Assembly: GCA_024276675.1 (NCBI GenBank)
Contig: JAJRWT010000051.1
Span: 21,324-85,323 of the forward strand
Direction of reading: 5' to 3'
DNA from: Myxococcota bacterium
Lineage (GTDB): Bacteria; Myxococcota_A; UBA796; JAFGLY01
DNA: 64,000 nucleotides
Below, piece after piece: positions 42,015-50,590 of this stretch. Position numbers and translations under genes: made by a program. Position 1 is the stretch's first letter. Each line of letters begins with the position of its first letter. The notes under the pieces were generated by a model that worked only from the letters and a program-made list of their open reading frames with translations, was not told where the DNA came from and ran no database searches.

Positions 42015-42973
42015 CAAGCTCGGACATCGTGTCCATTGTGAAGCTCGTCATTCTTGGCGCACTGCTGTCGCTGTCCTCGGCGCGTGCTGTCTTTGCCGTC
42101 GGGCAGATGGAACAAGAGCACCTGCCAGCCTTGGGGGCATCCAACAGTGCTGATGGAGACGAAGCCGTGGCCAACAGTTCCCGGCTCGCAGGGGCGGCTC
42201 CTGTCTTGGAAATTCCAACACAGCAACAAGGCGCTGCCCTTTCGGCGGCCAGCAACCTCCACCTGGAACCGGAGCAGCTTCTCGTTCAGGCCAACCAGGC
42301 ATACGAAAACGGCAACTTTGCTGCGGCCGTCAAGGGTTACGAAGCCCTCGTGCAGAATGGTGTTCAGTCCGGGCGAGTCTACTACAACCTGGGGAATGCC
42401 TTTTTGAGGAAAGGCTCACTGGGGCGGGCAATCGCTGCCTATCTTCGTGCCTCCCACTACTCCCCCAGAGACGAAGATCTGCGTGCCAATCTGGCCTTTG
42501 CCAGACGCAGCACAAAGGATGCCCTGGACCCGCCACAGACTACGGCACTGTGGCGGACACTCCTATTCTGGCACTACTCGTTGGGCTGGAGCGAGCTGTG
42601 TTGGAGTCTTGGGGTCACCAACGTACTTTTCTGGTGCATACTGGGTGTCCGCCTGCTGCGGAAGGACTCCGAACTCCTTGGATGGGCTACATGGACTCTC
42701 GCCATTCCGCTGCTTGCCCTCTCAGGATCCTGGGCGTTCAAGACCCTGGCTCCCAGGGAACTGGCGGTTGTCACCAGCCAGGAGTTGGCCGTATTCGCCG
42801 GGACGTCGCAGGACTCGGTGCTGCGTTTCAAGCTGCACGAGGGGAGTGAGGCCCTGGTTCTGGACCAGCAGGGTGATTGGGCCATGATAGCTCTTTCCGA
42901 TGGTAAGCGAGGCTGGGTCAAACGAGATCAAATCGAAGAGGTGACCATGGGTGGCTGGAGGCGTGGATGGTGA
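42011..42973 (+). CDS. batE: TPR + TM + SH3b protein, BatE-like
   Basis: ATG 42011 overlaps the batD stop (ATGA). YYNLGNAFLRKGSLGRAIAAYLRA (TPR), TM segments, C-terminal SH3-like GSEALVLDQQGDWAMIALSDGKRGWVKRDQIEEV. Confidence 0.82.
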   Translation: MTSSDIVSIVKLVILGALLSLSSARAVFAVGQMEQEHLPALGASNSADGDEAVANSSRLAGAAPVLEIPTQQQGAALSAASNLHLEPEQLLVQANQAYENGNFAAAVKGYEALVQNGVQSGRVYYNLGNAFLRKGSLGRAIAAYLRASHYSPRDEDLRANLAFARRSTKDALDPPQTTALWRTLLFWHYSLGWSELCWSLGVTNVLFWCILGVRLLRKDSELLGWATWTLAIPLLALSGSWAFKTLAPRELAVVTSQELAVFAGTSQDSVLRFKLHEGSEALVLDQQGDWAMIALSDGKRGWVKRDQIEEVTMGGWRRGW

Positions 42974-42985
42974 TTTCACTCGTTG

Positions 42986-45712
42986 TCAGGGCACTTCCAG
43001 GCAACTTTCGTCGCAGCCGTTGTTTTCGCCAAGTACATTGCCTTCCACCAGGTTCCCGCAATCGGAGACGACCACGTCCCAACAGCTCATCCCCCAGCCT
43101 TCGTTCTTGGAGATGACATTTGCCGTGGCAGACAGGTCTGTTCCATGTAGTGACAGTCCGTCGCCCGAATTGCCGCTGATCCAGGAGTTTGCCAGGATCA
43201 GCGTCCCATCGTTCATGTAGATTCCGGAATCGCCGTTGTCGGAAATGGTGCAGGCATCAGCGTCAATGGTGGAGTTGTCCCCTTTCATGCCGTACTGTCC
43301 GGATGAAGAGATGGTCAGGTCGTTCAGTGAAAGAGAGCTGTTTAGAACCTCCAGCCCGGATCCGCCGGAGTCGGCCACGGAGGAATGGGCGATGTAGGCA
43401 TCCTCCAGGCCATCGAGCTTGATCCCCGCTCCAGGCGACCCGTCGATCTGCAGGTCCTGCATGAACACCGCCTCGAACGAGGCATCGCTGTTCTGGATCA
43501 GGGAGATGCCGTCACCATAGCCGGAATTGGTGATGGATACTCCCAGGGCGTAGAGTGAGACGGGTTCGTAGTACCAGCGGAGCGTGATTGTGTCGTAGTA
43601 GGACAACGAGCTGCCAACGGTGTCCATGTTCAGGTCCTCGATTTCGATTGATGAATCGTAACCGTAGAGAGCTGGGCCGGGGTGGTTCGCCAGGTTGACA
43701 CCATCCAGGATGGCGGTGGTGTTGTTCAGGGAAAGTGCTGCGTTGTAGGAATCGTATTCGTAGGAATAGGTCAGCTTTCCATCGGTCCAGGTTTCGTAGG
43801 ACGTGGTGCTGGCCGCCCCGTCGGTGGCGTTGAATTCGCTCAGCTCGAGATCGGCCAGGTAGGTGTAGAGGTTGTAGCCCGCGCAGTCGGACAACGTGGA
43901 GTTGCTGATGCTTGTTTCACCGTAGACGGCATAGATGGCATAACGGCCGTAGGTGGACCACTGGTTGTCGTGGGCGTTCATCCGGCCATCGTACTGGTAG
44001 ATGGCCCAGTCGCCGTTTTGAAAAGTGTTGCCGGAGATCTCAGAGTCGCTGTCGTACAGGTAGATGTCCAATCCCCTGTCGTAGTAGTAGGTAAGGTAGG
44101 ACTCCTTGCAGTCGTAGTAGACTCCGCAGTATTCGGAGTAGTCGTACACCTGGGTGCCGGCGTCGTTTTCCACGAACTGGTTTCCTGTGATGGAGAGCCC
44201 ACTGCTCTGGTAGCCACACACCGTGCCCCAATCCGTGCTCTCGGATTGGGAAAAGGTGCTGTTGGAGATGATGGATGTGCTGCCATAGTCCATCACCGAT
44301 GCCATTGCTCCACCGATGAACGTTGCGCCATCGATGGAAAGCCCACTGTATACGGCGCTTATTCCCCATCCCTGTGATGACTCCAGCCCGCCACCCGTCC
44401 AGTCCAGGTTCCCATAACTTATGGCTGCCGCTGCGGGATAGTCCACATACACGGAGCCGTCTTCCATTTCATACTCATCCCCGCGTAGTCCGGAGATTTG
44501 TACCTCGTTGGCGGCGACGTCCATGGAAAACACTCGGATGCCCATTGCGCCGTTGTCCTGGAAAACCAGGTTCTGGAGTTCAGCCTCGGCTCCGGAGGCG
44601 CTGTAGCCCAACAGGTACAGACCAGCCGCCTGGTATCCTTCGAAGGAGCTGTCGGCAACGGAGACATGATCGGCCTCTGCGTAGAGCCCGATTGAAGTGA
44701 GTATGGAACTATCGATATCGTAATCGGACACCACGGCTGGGTCGCCCGAGACCATGAGTCCGTAGGCATCCAGTGACTCGCCGGCTGGTGCTACGAAGTA
44801 TATCCCGAACTCGGTTGGATCCTGGATGGTCACATCCTGCATTTCCAGGTCTCCGCCCCACTGGTAGATTCCGTAGAGCCCCCCGCTGATCTCATCTCCC
44901 GAAAGGTAGAGGCTGTCCACGCTGTCGGCGAAGACCGCCACCAGCAGGTTGTCATGGAACGTGTTGCCCATGAGGTCGACCTGGCCGGCCTCGTCTGCGA
45001 ACACAGCAAAGCCGTCCACAACGTAGCCGTCGTCGTCCAACTCCGTGTAGGTGGTACCGGATATCTGGTTGGAGTTCAGCAAGAGATCCGCCCCGTCGGA
45101 TGCCTTCACGGCAAAGCCCATGTTGTCGGTGAACACGCAGTCGTTGATGTATGCATCGCCACCCTCGATGAAGACGCCCCCCCACTCGGTGGCGGCGAAG
45201 GTGCTGTCGTTCACCACGGTGCTGTCGGAGTCCACGGCGTAGATGCCGAAATTGGGTATCGAGTGCATTTCCAGGTTCTCGAGGGTCACCGATGACGAGG
45301 AGCGGATCTCGACCCCATTCCTCGTACTGCCGATGCTCATATCCACGAGTGATGCTCCATCGACCCCGAAAAAAACGAAGGGCACCTGGTTGCTGGGTGC
45401 ATTCCAGAAAGTCTGCTGGGGACCTGCTCCCTTGATGGAGAGCGCCATCTCGACCTGGATCGACTCCTGGAACTCGCCAGCGCAGATCTCGATGAGCGAA
45501 CCTTCATGGGCGACGCTCAGGGCATCAACGAGGTAGGCGTATCCGCCATGCCCGTCCACGGTGATACAGCCAGGCTCGAAGTCCAGGGCGGAATCACCTG
45601 ATTCAGCGGTATCCTGCGGCGTTTCCCTCCAGGTGTCGTCTTGTTTATCGGAGATGCAGGAGAGGGAGAACAGGGCCAACACTGGAAGTAGAGGTGGAAA
45701 AGACGGGGTCAT
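42986..45712 (-). CDS. Large exported right-handed parallel beta-helix repeat protein
   Basis: From ATG 45712: MTPSFPPLLPVLALFSLSCISD. Dozens of short G/N/S/D-rich turns typical of PbH1 repeats (e.g. NSGYGDGISL, DSGGSGLEVLNSS, SGNSGDGLSLHG). Cys-rich C-terminus. Confidence 0.75.
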   Translation of the reverse strand: MTPSFPPLLPVLALFSLSCISDKQDDTWRETPQDTAESGDSALDFEPGCITVDGHGGYAYLVDALSVAHEGSLIEICAGEFQESIQVEMALSIKGAGPQQTFWNAPSNQVPFVFFGVDGASLVDMSIGSTRNGVEIRSSSSVTLENLEMHSIPNFGIYAVDSDSTVVNDSTFAATEWGGVFIEGGDAYINDCVFTDNMGFAVKASDGADLLLNSNQISGTTYTELDDDGYVVDGFAVFADEAGQVDLMGNTFHDNLLVAVFADSVDSLYLSGDEISGGLYGIYQWGGDLEMQDVTIQDPTEFGIYFVAPAGESLDAYGLMVSGDPAVVSDYDIDSSILTSIGLYAEADHVSVADSSFEGYQAAGLYLLGYSASGAEAELQNLVFQDNGAMGIRVFSMDVAANEVQISGLRGDEYEMEDGSVYVDYPAAAAISYGNLDWTGGGLESSQGWGISAVYSGLSIDGATFIGGAMASVMDYGSTSIISNSTFSQSESTDWGTVCGYQSSGLSITGNQFVENDAGTQVYDYSEYCGVYYDCKESYLTYYYDRGLDIYLYDSDSEISGNTFQNGDWAIYQYDGRMNAHDNQWSTYGRYAIYAVYGETSISNSTLSDCAGYNLYTYLADLELSEFNATDGAASTTSYETWTDGKLTYSYEYDSYNAALSLNNTTAILDGVNLANHPGPALYGYDSSIEIEDLNMDTVGSSLSYYDTITLRWYYEPVSLYALGVSITNSGYGDGISLIQNSDASFEAVFMQDLQIDGSPGAGIKLDGLEDAYIAHSSVADSGGSGLEVLNSSLSLNDLTISSSGQYGMKGDNSTIDADACTISDNGDSGIYMNDGTLILANSWISGNSGDGLSLHGTDLSATANVISKNEGWGMSCWDVVVSDCGNLVEGNVLGENNGCDESCLEVP

Positions 45713-45902
45713 GATTGCTCCTGGAGGGGTTCTTGCCACACAGGTTATTCTGCCATCCCCCACCATCGCAATCATTCCATGGGCCAGTCCCATATTTCCA
45801 CAGCCCGGGTTAGGGTTTCTGGTGGAACAATTCCCTGCTACCGTGGGTAACGCGGCGCCCGCCCGGCAAAGCGCGTGAGCACCGTGGCGAGACGAGACCA
45901 TC

Positions 45903-46949
45903 GTGAATACTCCAGCCAAGAGCAACTCAGGCAGGCGGGGTGCTGCGGCGCCCGGATACCTGGGGTTTTTCTCATTTGGGCCCTTTCTGCTCCTGCGCAA
46001 ACCTACGCCGCGGCGCCAATCACCGCGGGGGCCATCGTCACCAGCGTTCTACGGAGTCCTGGCAGTTTTTCCGGGATCAATACCGGCTTTCCCGGCCTTC
46101 TCGTTGTTGCCCCTGGTCCTGCTCATCCATTCAGGTTCTCTGCAAGCCGCTTCGACTTGCGATACCCTGAGCCCATCCCTGGCGGATGAAGCCCGCGAAA
46201 TATTCGGCAGCACGTATATTCACGACTGTTGCGATCAGACACTGGATCGCTGTCTTCAGCAGGAACCCACCTGTTGCCTGGCGAAGCGTTTATCGGAAAA
46301 CATCTGCCGGCGCCTGGCGCAGGGGCAGGTGCGAGAGCAGGTTGCTCTTGGCCTGTCCAGCAGGGCTAGTAGCATGTTTCCCTTTGCGGAACCCCTGGAC
46401 TTCCACCTGGACGAGGCTCCGTCGTTGGGAAGCCCCGACGCGGCCGTCAGCGTTGTGCTCTTCATGAGCGCACGTGGTTCCAACTGCGCTCGAGTGGTGC
46501 CGTTTTTGTACAGCGCCATCACCAATGGCCCCCTGAAGGGCAAGATCAGGCTCTATGCCAAGATTTTTCCGTTGAGGAGCAATACCTTCGCAAAGGAGGC
46601 GGCCTTGGCATTCATGGCGGCCCATCGCCAGGGGCGTTTCTGGGAATACGCTGATCTGTCCTTTCGGCACTTCACCGACTTCACTCCCGATTCCATGGAT
46701 CTCTGGGCGCGGGAGCTGGGTCTGGACATGGAGCAGTTTGGTGCTGACGTCGATGATCCGGCTCTGTTGGACGAGATCGTTGCCAGCAAGAGAGAAGGCC
46801 TGGAGAAGGGAGTGGACGCCACCCCGGCTCTTTTTATCGGTGGCCACCCGTATCTGGGCGACATCGACCCGGAAGAGATCGTCGACGTACTGGAAGAAGT
46901 GTACCAACGGGAAACTGGACGTGTATATTGTGACTGGACGAAGCCATGA
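45903..46949 (+). CDS. DsbA-like thioredoxin-fold protein with Cys-rich N-terminal extension; active site reads GSNC instead of CxxC
   Basis: VSVVLFMSARGSNCARVVPFL aligns with the DsbA/BdbD pattern V.V.EF.D..CP.C. ...GRFWEYADLSF..., GVDATPALFIGGHPYLG. Start codon uncertain. Confidence 0.7.
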   Translation: MNTPAKSNSGRRGAAAPGYLGFFSFGPFLLLRKPTPRRQSPRGPSSPAFYGVLAVFPGSIPAFPAFSLLPLVLLIHSGSLQAASTCDTLSPSLADEAREIFGSTYIHDCCDQTLDRCLQQEPTCCLAKRLSENICRRLAQGQVREQVALGLSSRASSMFPFAEPLDFHLDEAPSLGSPDAAVSVVLFMSARGSNCARVVPFLYSAITNGPLKGKIRLYAKIFPLRSNTFAKEAALAFMAAHRQGRFWEYADLSFRHFTDFTPDSMDLWARELGLDMEQFGADVDDPALLDEIVASKREGLEKGVDATPALFIGGHPYLGDIDPEEIVDVLEEVYQRETGRVYCDWTKP

Positions 46950-47012
46950 TCTCTTGCCTGCAGGTTCTGATCCGCTGTGATCAACCAGGGAATCTCTGTG
47001 GATGGTGATGCA

Positions 47013-48035
47013 ATGTGGCACCTGTTGACGGCCCTGGTACTGGGAATGGCCCTGGGATTCACTCTGCAGCGGGGATCTTTCTGTGGTGCGGCGCTCATCA
47101 GCTCGGTAGTGCTGGAAAAGAACCTCCGAGGGATGGCCGCTATCCTCGTGGCCATCCTGGTTTCGATGGCCGGGTTCGGCTTGCTGGCCGGGGTGGGATG
47201 GATCATTCCCAATCCCAGTCCCATGAGGTTGCTCTCGGCAGTAGCAGGTGGGATTCTGTTCGGAGTGGGGATGGTGTTGGCCGGTGGCTGTGTCACCGGC
47301 AACCTCTACAAGGCAGCCGAGGGCAGGCTCAGCTCGGTTCTGGCCCTGTTGGGGATTGGCCTTGGGGCCACCATCGTGGATTCGGGCGCCTTGGCAGGCA
47401 CCAGGAAGGCTCTGCTTCTGGCCAGCAGGAACATCAAACCTCCCGCGGGTCTGTACGGAATTGTTGGTATGGACTACGCTGCTCTTGCCGCGCCTGTGGG
47501 AGTTGCTGCTCTACTGCTCATAGCCTTCTGGGGGCACAGGCTTCACTCGGCAGGTGGGCGTGCGCTGTGGACATCACCCACTGCCATGTTGAAAGGTTCA
47601 TGGACCCCAATGACCGCGGGTGCCATTGTGGGTCTCCTGGGGTGGCTTGCCTATCTATCTTCCGGTGCCACCGGGCGGAACTATCCACTGGGCGGGATAT
47701 CCGGTGTCAAGGAAGCCTTCTCATGGCTTCTGGCAGCCAGGGAACCGGGCTCGCCCTGGATGATCTGCCTCGTTTCAGGGATCATGCTCGGTTCGGCTTT
47801 TTCCGCCCGTACCCGGGCTGCCTTGAAGCTTCGTTCGGCCGATCCCGCCACTTTGCTGGTGGCACTGGCTGGAGGGGTCCTGGCGGGGGCGGGGGCGGCT
47901 ATCGGGCGTGGTTGCTTCATTGGAAACATGATCAGTGGAGTTGCGCTGTTGAGCCTACATTCCGCACTCTTCGCGTTGGTGACCCTGGCGGCCAACTGGA
48001 TTACTACCCTGTTGTACCTACGAGGTCTGAAGTGA
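47013..48035 (+). CDS. yeeE: YeeE/YedE family sulfur-compound (thiosulfate-type) transporter
   Basis: GFTLQRGSFCGA, LAGGCVTGNLYKA and IGRGCFIGNMISG are the three conserved Cys-containing loops. Polytopic membrane protein. Confidence 0.85.
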   Translation: MWHLLTALVLGMALGFTLQRGSFCGAALISSVVLEKNLRGMAAILVAILVSMAGFGLLAGVGWIIPNPSPMRLLSAVAGGILFGVGMVLAGGCVTGNLYKAAEGRLSSVLALLGIGLGATIVDSGALAGTRKALLLASRNIKPPAGLYGIVGMDYAALAAPVGVAALLLIAFWGHRLHSAGGRALWTSPTAMLKGSWTPMTAGAIVGLLGWLAYLSSGATGRNYPLGGISGVKEAFSWLLAAREPGSPWMICLVSGIMLGSAFSARTRAALKLRSADPATLLVALAGGVLAGAGAAIGRGCFIGNMISGVALLSLHSALFALVTLAANWITTLLYLRGLK

Positions 48036-48436
48036 ACTCTGTCAAGGCAGCGCGCGTTTTCACGGCAATTGCCCTGGCCCTGCTCGTGCTGCCGTTGGCA
48101 AGGGCCGCGGGCGATACCTCCCCACTGCGAGACATCGTTGGAAGTAGCACCGGCGGCCATTGGCCGAGGCCCGGTAACCTTCCATCCAGGCCCTACTGTT
48201 CCGGTGACCCTCCGGAGTTGCTGAACAGCGATACAGTAACCCGTGAGTACCAGCTCACATGTGGTAGAAAGACCGAGCGAGCAAGCATTTCTCCATCGGA
48301 AAAACGAGTACTGAAAGGGAAGGCCGGCTGTACCATCCAGCTTTTGGATGGTGACTCCTTGGGCACCGCAGAAACCCTCTACTCCGAGATGCTCTGTACC
48401 ATTGAAAGTGGCAACTTGATGTGCGACCTGCTGTAG
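48032..48436 (+). CDS. Small exported Cys-containing protein, unknown family
   Basis: GTG 48032 overlaps the yeeE stop (GTGA). VNSVKAARVFTAIALALLVLPLARAAG is a signal peptide. Five Cys in the mature part and no TusA-type CPxP motif. This is the tail of spurious track ORF 47015..48436. Confidence 0.55.
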   Translation: MNSVKAARVFTAIALALLVLPLARAAGDTSPLRDIVGSSTGGHWPRPGNLPSRPYCSGDPPELLNSDTVTREYQLTCGRKTERASISPSEKRVLKGKAGCTIQLLDGDSLGTAETLYSEMLCTIESGNLMCDLL

Positions 48437-48600
48437 CAGGGGGTGCGCAACGTCGGAACGGCAAGCGGTAGTAGAGGCATTGCTCCAGTAGAACGGAGCC
48501 CGGTCCGTACCCCACGTGCGCTCGGCCGGTCGGAGATCACCTTCAAGCGTGCGTCCATTGATGATCTGTTCCCGCGCGCGTTCGGCCATTCGAAGAGTCG

Positions 48601-50442
48601 TCAGCGGGAAAACACCGCTCCAGCACCGGGACTGGTTCCTATCAGGCCGTTGGTGTTGAACGAGATCCACTGGTCGTCTGGCAGGGAGCGGACTACGAGT
48701 TTTTCCCTGCCGTCCAACTCCCTTTCCAGCACTGCCGAGGACCGGACTGGTTCAAGGATGACTCCCTGTTCGCTGTCCACGTTCGTGCCATGTGCGAGTC
48801 CGACGAGCCGTGAAGCTACCTGACGGGCTGGAATGTCGATGACGGTCATGGTGCAGGTGGAGGGGGTTTCACCAGGTGTGCGTATGACGCAAAAGGGCCT
48901 GTCCGGGACGCCCCAGATGGCCTCCGCCCGTCCCTCCGCTCGAAAGACCGTCGAGGGTTGGGAGGGTAGTCCCGAATTCGTGGAAGTACGAAGATCGAAA
49001 TGCAGCAGGTTTCCTTGCCTGTCCAGCACGAGGAGTTGTGCTTTGCGGTCGATGAACGCCATGAGGATGGCAGGTTCTGCCGCTGGAGTTTCGGGACGTG
49101 GTATGGCATCCTCTCCGCTGGCAGGATCCAGAATTCGAACAGCCCCCCCAGGCGTGATTACTGCAAGCCAGGTCCCGCTCCCTGAAAGTGCAAAGCCCCT
49201 TACCCAGGGGAGATCGAAGACCTTGTTGATCTTGAGGTGCCACCACCTGCAGCCACCTGATGCAAGTTGAACTGCCACCACGTGACCACCGATGGCAAGT
49301 GTGGTGGCTCCGACAGTTTCGGCGCCGGCTCTGAAAAGTGGGCGCCCTTCCTGGAGATCGTAGACTGCCACGGCGTGGTCGGGTGATACCGAGGCGGCCA
49401 GCCAACCAGCACGGTCTATTGACAGCAGACTGGGGGAATGAGCCAGCTTGAAGACTCTTTTCAGCTTGCCTTCATACCAATGAGCCCCAGTGGCACCATG
49501 GGCGAGGATACGGTGCCCGCCGTAGCCGGCCAGAACTTGTACCTGTCCAAGGGCTCCCGAGCCCTGGTTGTGCAGAAGTCCATCTGAACCGGCCACCAGT
49601 ACACCCTTTTCGGTCCATACTATCGCTCCCGAGGGATGGGGAGCCCTGTGACGTGTACTGCCCAGGGGATCTAGTGCAGGGAGCGAGAAGCGATGGACAG
49701 AACGCTGGGTAATTGCTGCCACCTGTGAGCCATCTGGGGACAGGGCAAGGTTGAGAAGACCACTACCACCTCGGGCAGCGAAAGATGTAAGCATCTGCCC
49801 ATCCACGACCCGGAGCAGGCTTATCCCCAACGCGGCGAGGGCGATGACCATCGTTCCATCGCTGGAAAAACAGACACGCTTCGCGTTCATCTGGAGATGG
49901 GCCATGGGCAGGCTCGTGGAAGTCAACAGGTCGATGATCCTCACCTGCCCATTGCTGTCCAGGCAGAGGAGTCGTTCACCGCGGGGATCAAAATATATTG
50001 ACGAGCCTCCGAAGCCCTTCCATGCCACCTCGCGTCTTCCCCTGGTCAGATCCCACAAGCGGAGCAGGCCATCTGCTGCAATCGCGGCGAGGCGTGTTCC
50101 CTCTGGGCTGATGGCGATCCCGTGCATGGCCCGGATCCTGCCCCTGGAGCCAGAGCGCTGCTCTTGAAACGTTGGCTCTCCAGTCTGGCTGTCGTAGACG
50201 AACACTGACCCGTGAAGATTTCCCAGTGCCACCAGGGAGCCACCGGGGATGACGGCCAACGCGGAGCCCATGGGAGCTAAAGTATGCACCTGCACACCCG
50301 GGGAGAACTCCCCGCGCCTCTGAATTGCCAGCAGGCCGCTGGAATCGGCCGTTGCCAACGTTCCACTGGTCTGGTCGAAAGCTGCGGCTGTGATGGGGTG
50401 GTCATGGACGTTGGGACAGAATTGATCAGCAAGAGCAGACAT
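48601..50442 (-). CDS. WD40/beta-propeller repeat protein (cytoplasmic, multi-blade)
   Basis: Recurrent blade-like units (e.g. IAISPEGTRLAAIAADGLLRLWDL, LALSPDGSQVAAI, LAVITPGGAVRILD). No signal peptide. Confidence 0.7.
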   Translation of the reverse strand: MSALADQFCPNVHDHPITAAAFDQTSGTLATADSSGLLAIQRRGEFSPGVQVHTLAPMGSALAVIPGGSLVALGNLHGSVFVYDSQTGEPTFQEQRSGSRGRIRAMHGIAISPEGTRLAAIAADGLLRLWDLTRGRREVAWKGFGGSSIYFDPRGERLLCLDSNGQVRIIDLLTSTSLPMAHLQMNAKRVCFSSDGTMVIALAALGISLLRVVDGQMLTSFAARGGSGLLNLALSPDGSQVAAITQRSVHRFSLPALDPLGSTRHRAPHPSGAIVWTEKGVLVAGSDGLLHNQGSGALGQVQVLAGYGGHRILAHGATGAHWYEGKLKRVFKLAHSPSLLSIDRAGWLAASVSPDHAVAVYDLQEGRPLFRAGAETVGATTLAIGGHVVAVQLASGGCRWWHLKINKVFDLPWVRGFALSGSGTWLAVITPGGAVRILDPASGEDAIPRPETPAAEPAILMAFIDRKAQLLVLDRQGNLLHFDLRTSTNSGLPSQPSTVFRAEGRAEAIWGVPDRPFCVIRTPGETPSTCTMTVIDIPARQVASRLVGLAHGTNVDSEQGVILEPVRSSAVLERELDGREKLVVRSLPDDQWISFNTNGLIGTSPGAGAVFSR

Positions 50443-50590
50443 GTCTTATTGATAGCTGCACAGGGACAGGGCCGCCAGCCACCATTCAAAGGGGCAACCA
50501 GTTATCTTTTCAACGGTCGTCGTCCTTGGTGCTGAAATACCCTGTCCCCTGTTCCACAAGAAAAGCGTCAGTACTACTCTGGAAGTCCAT

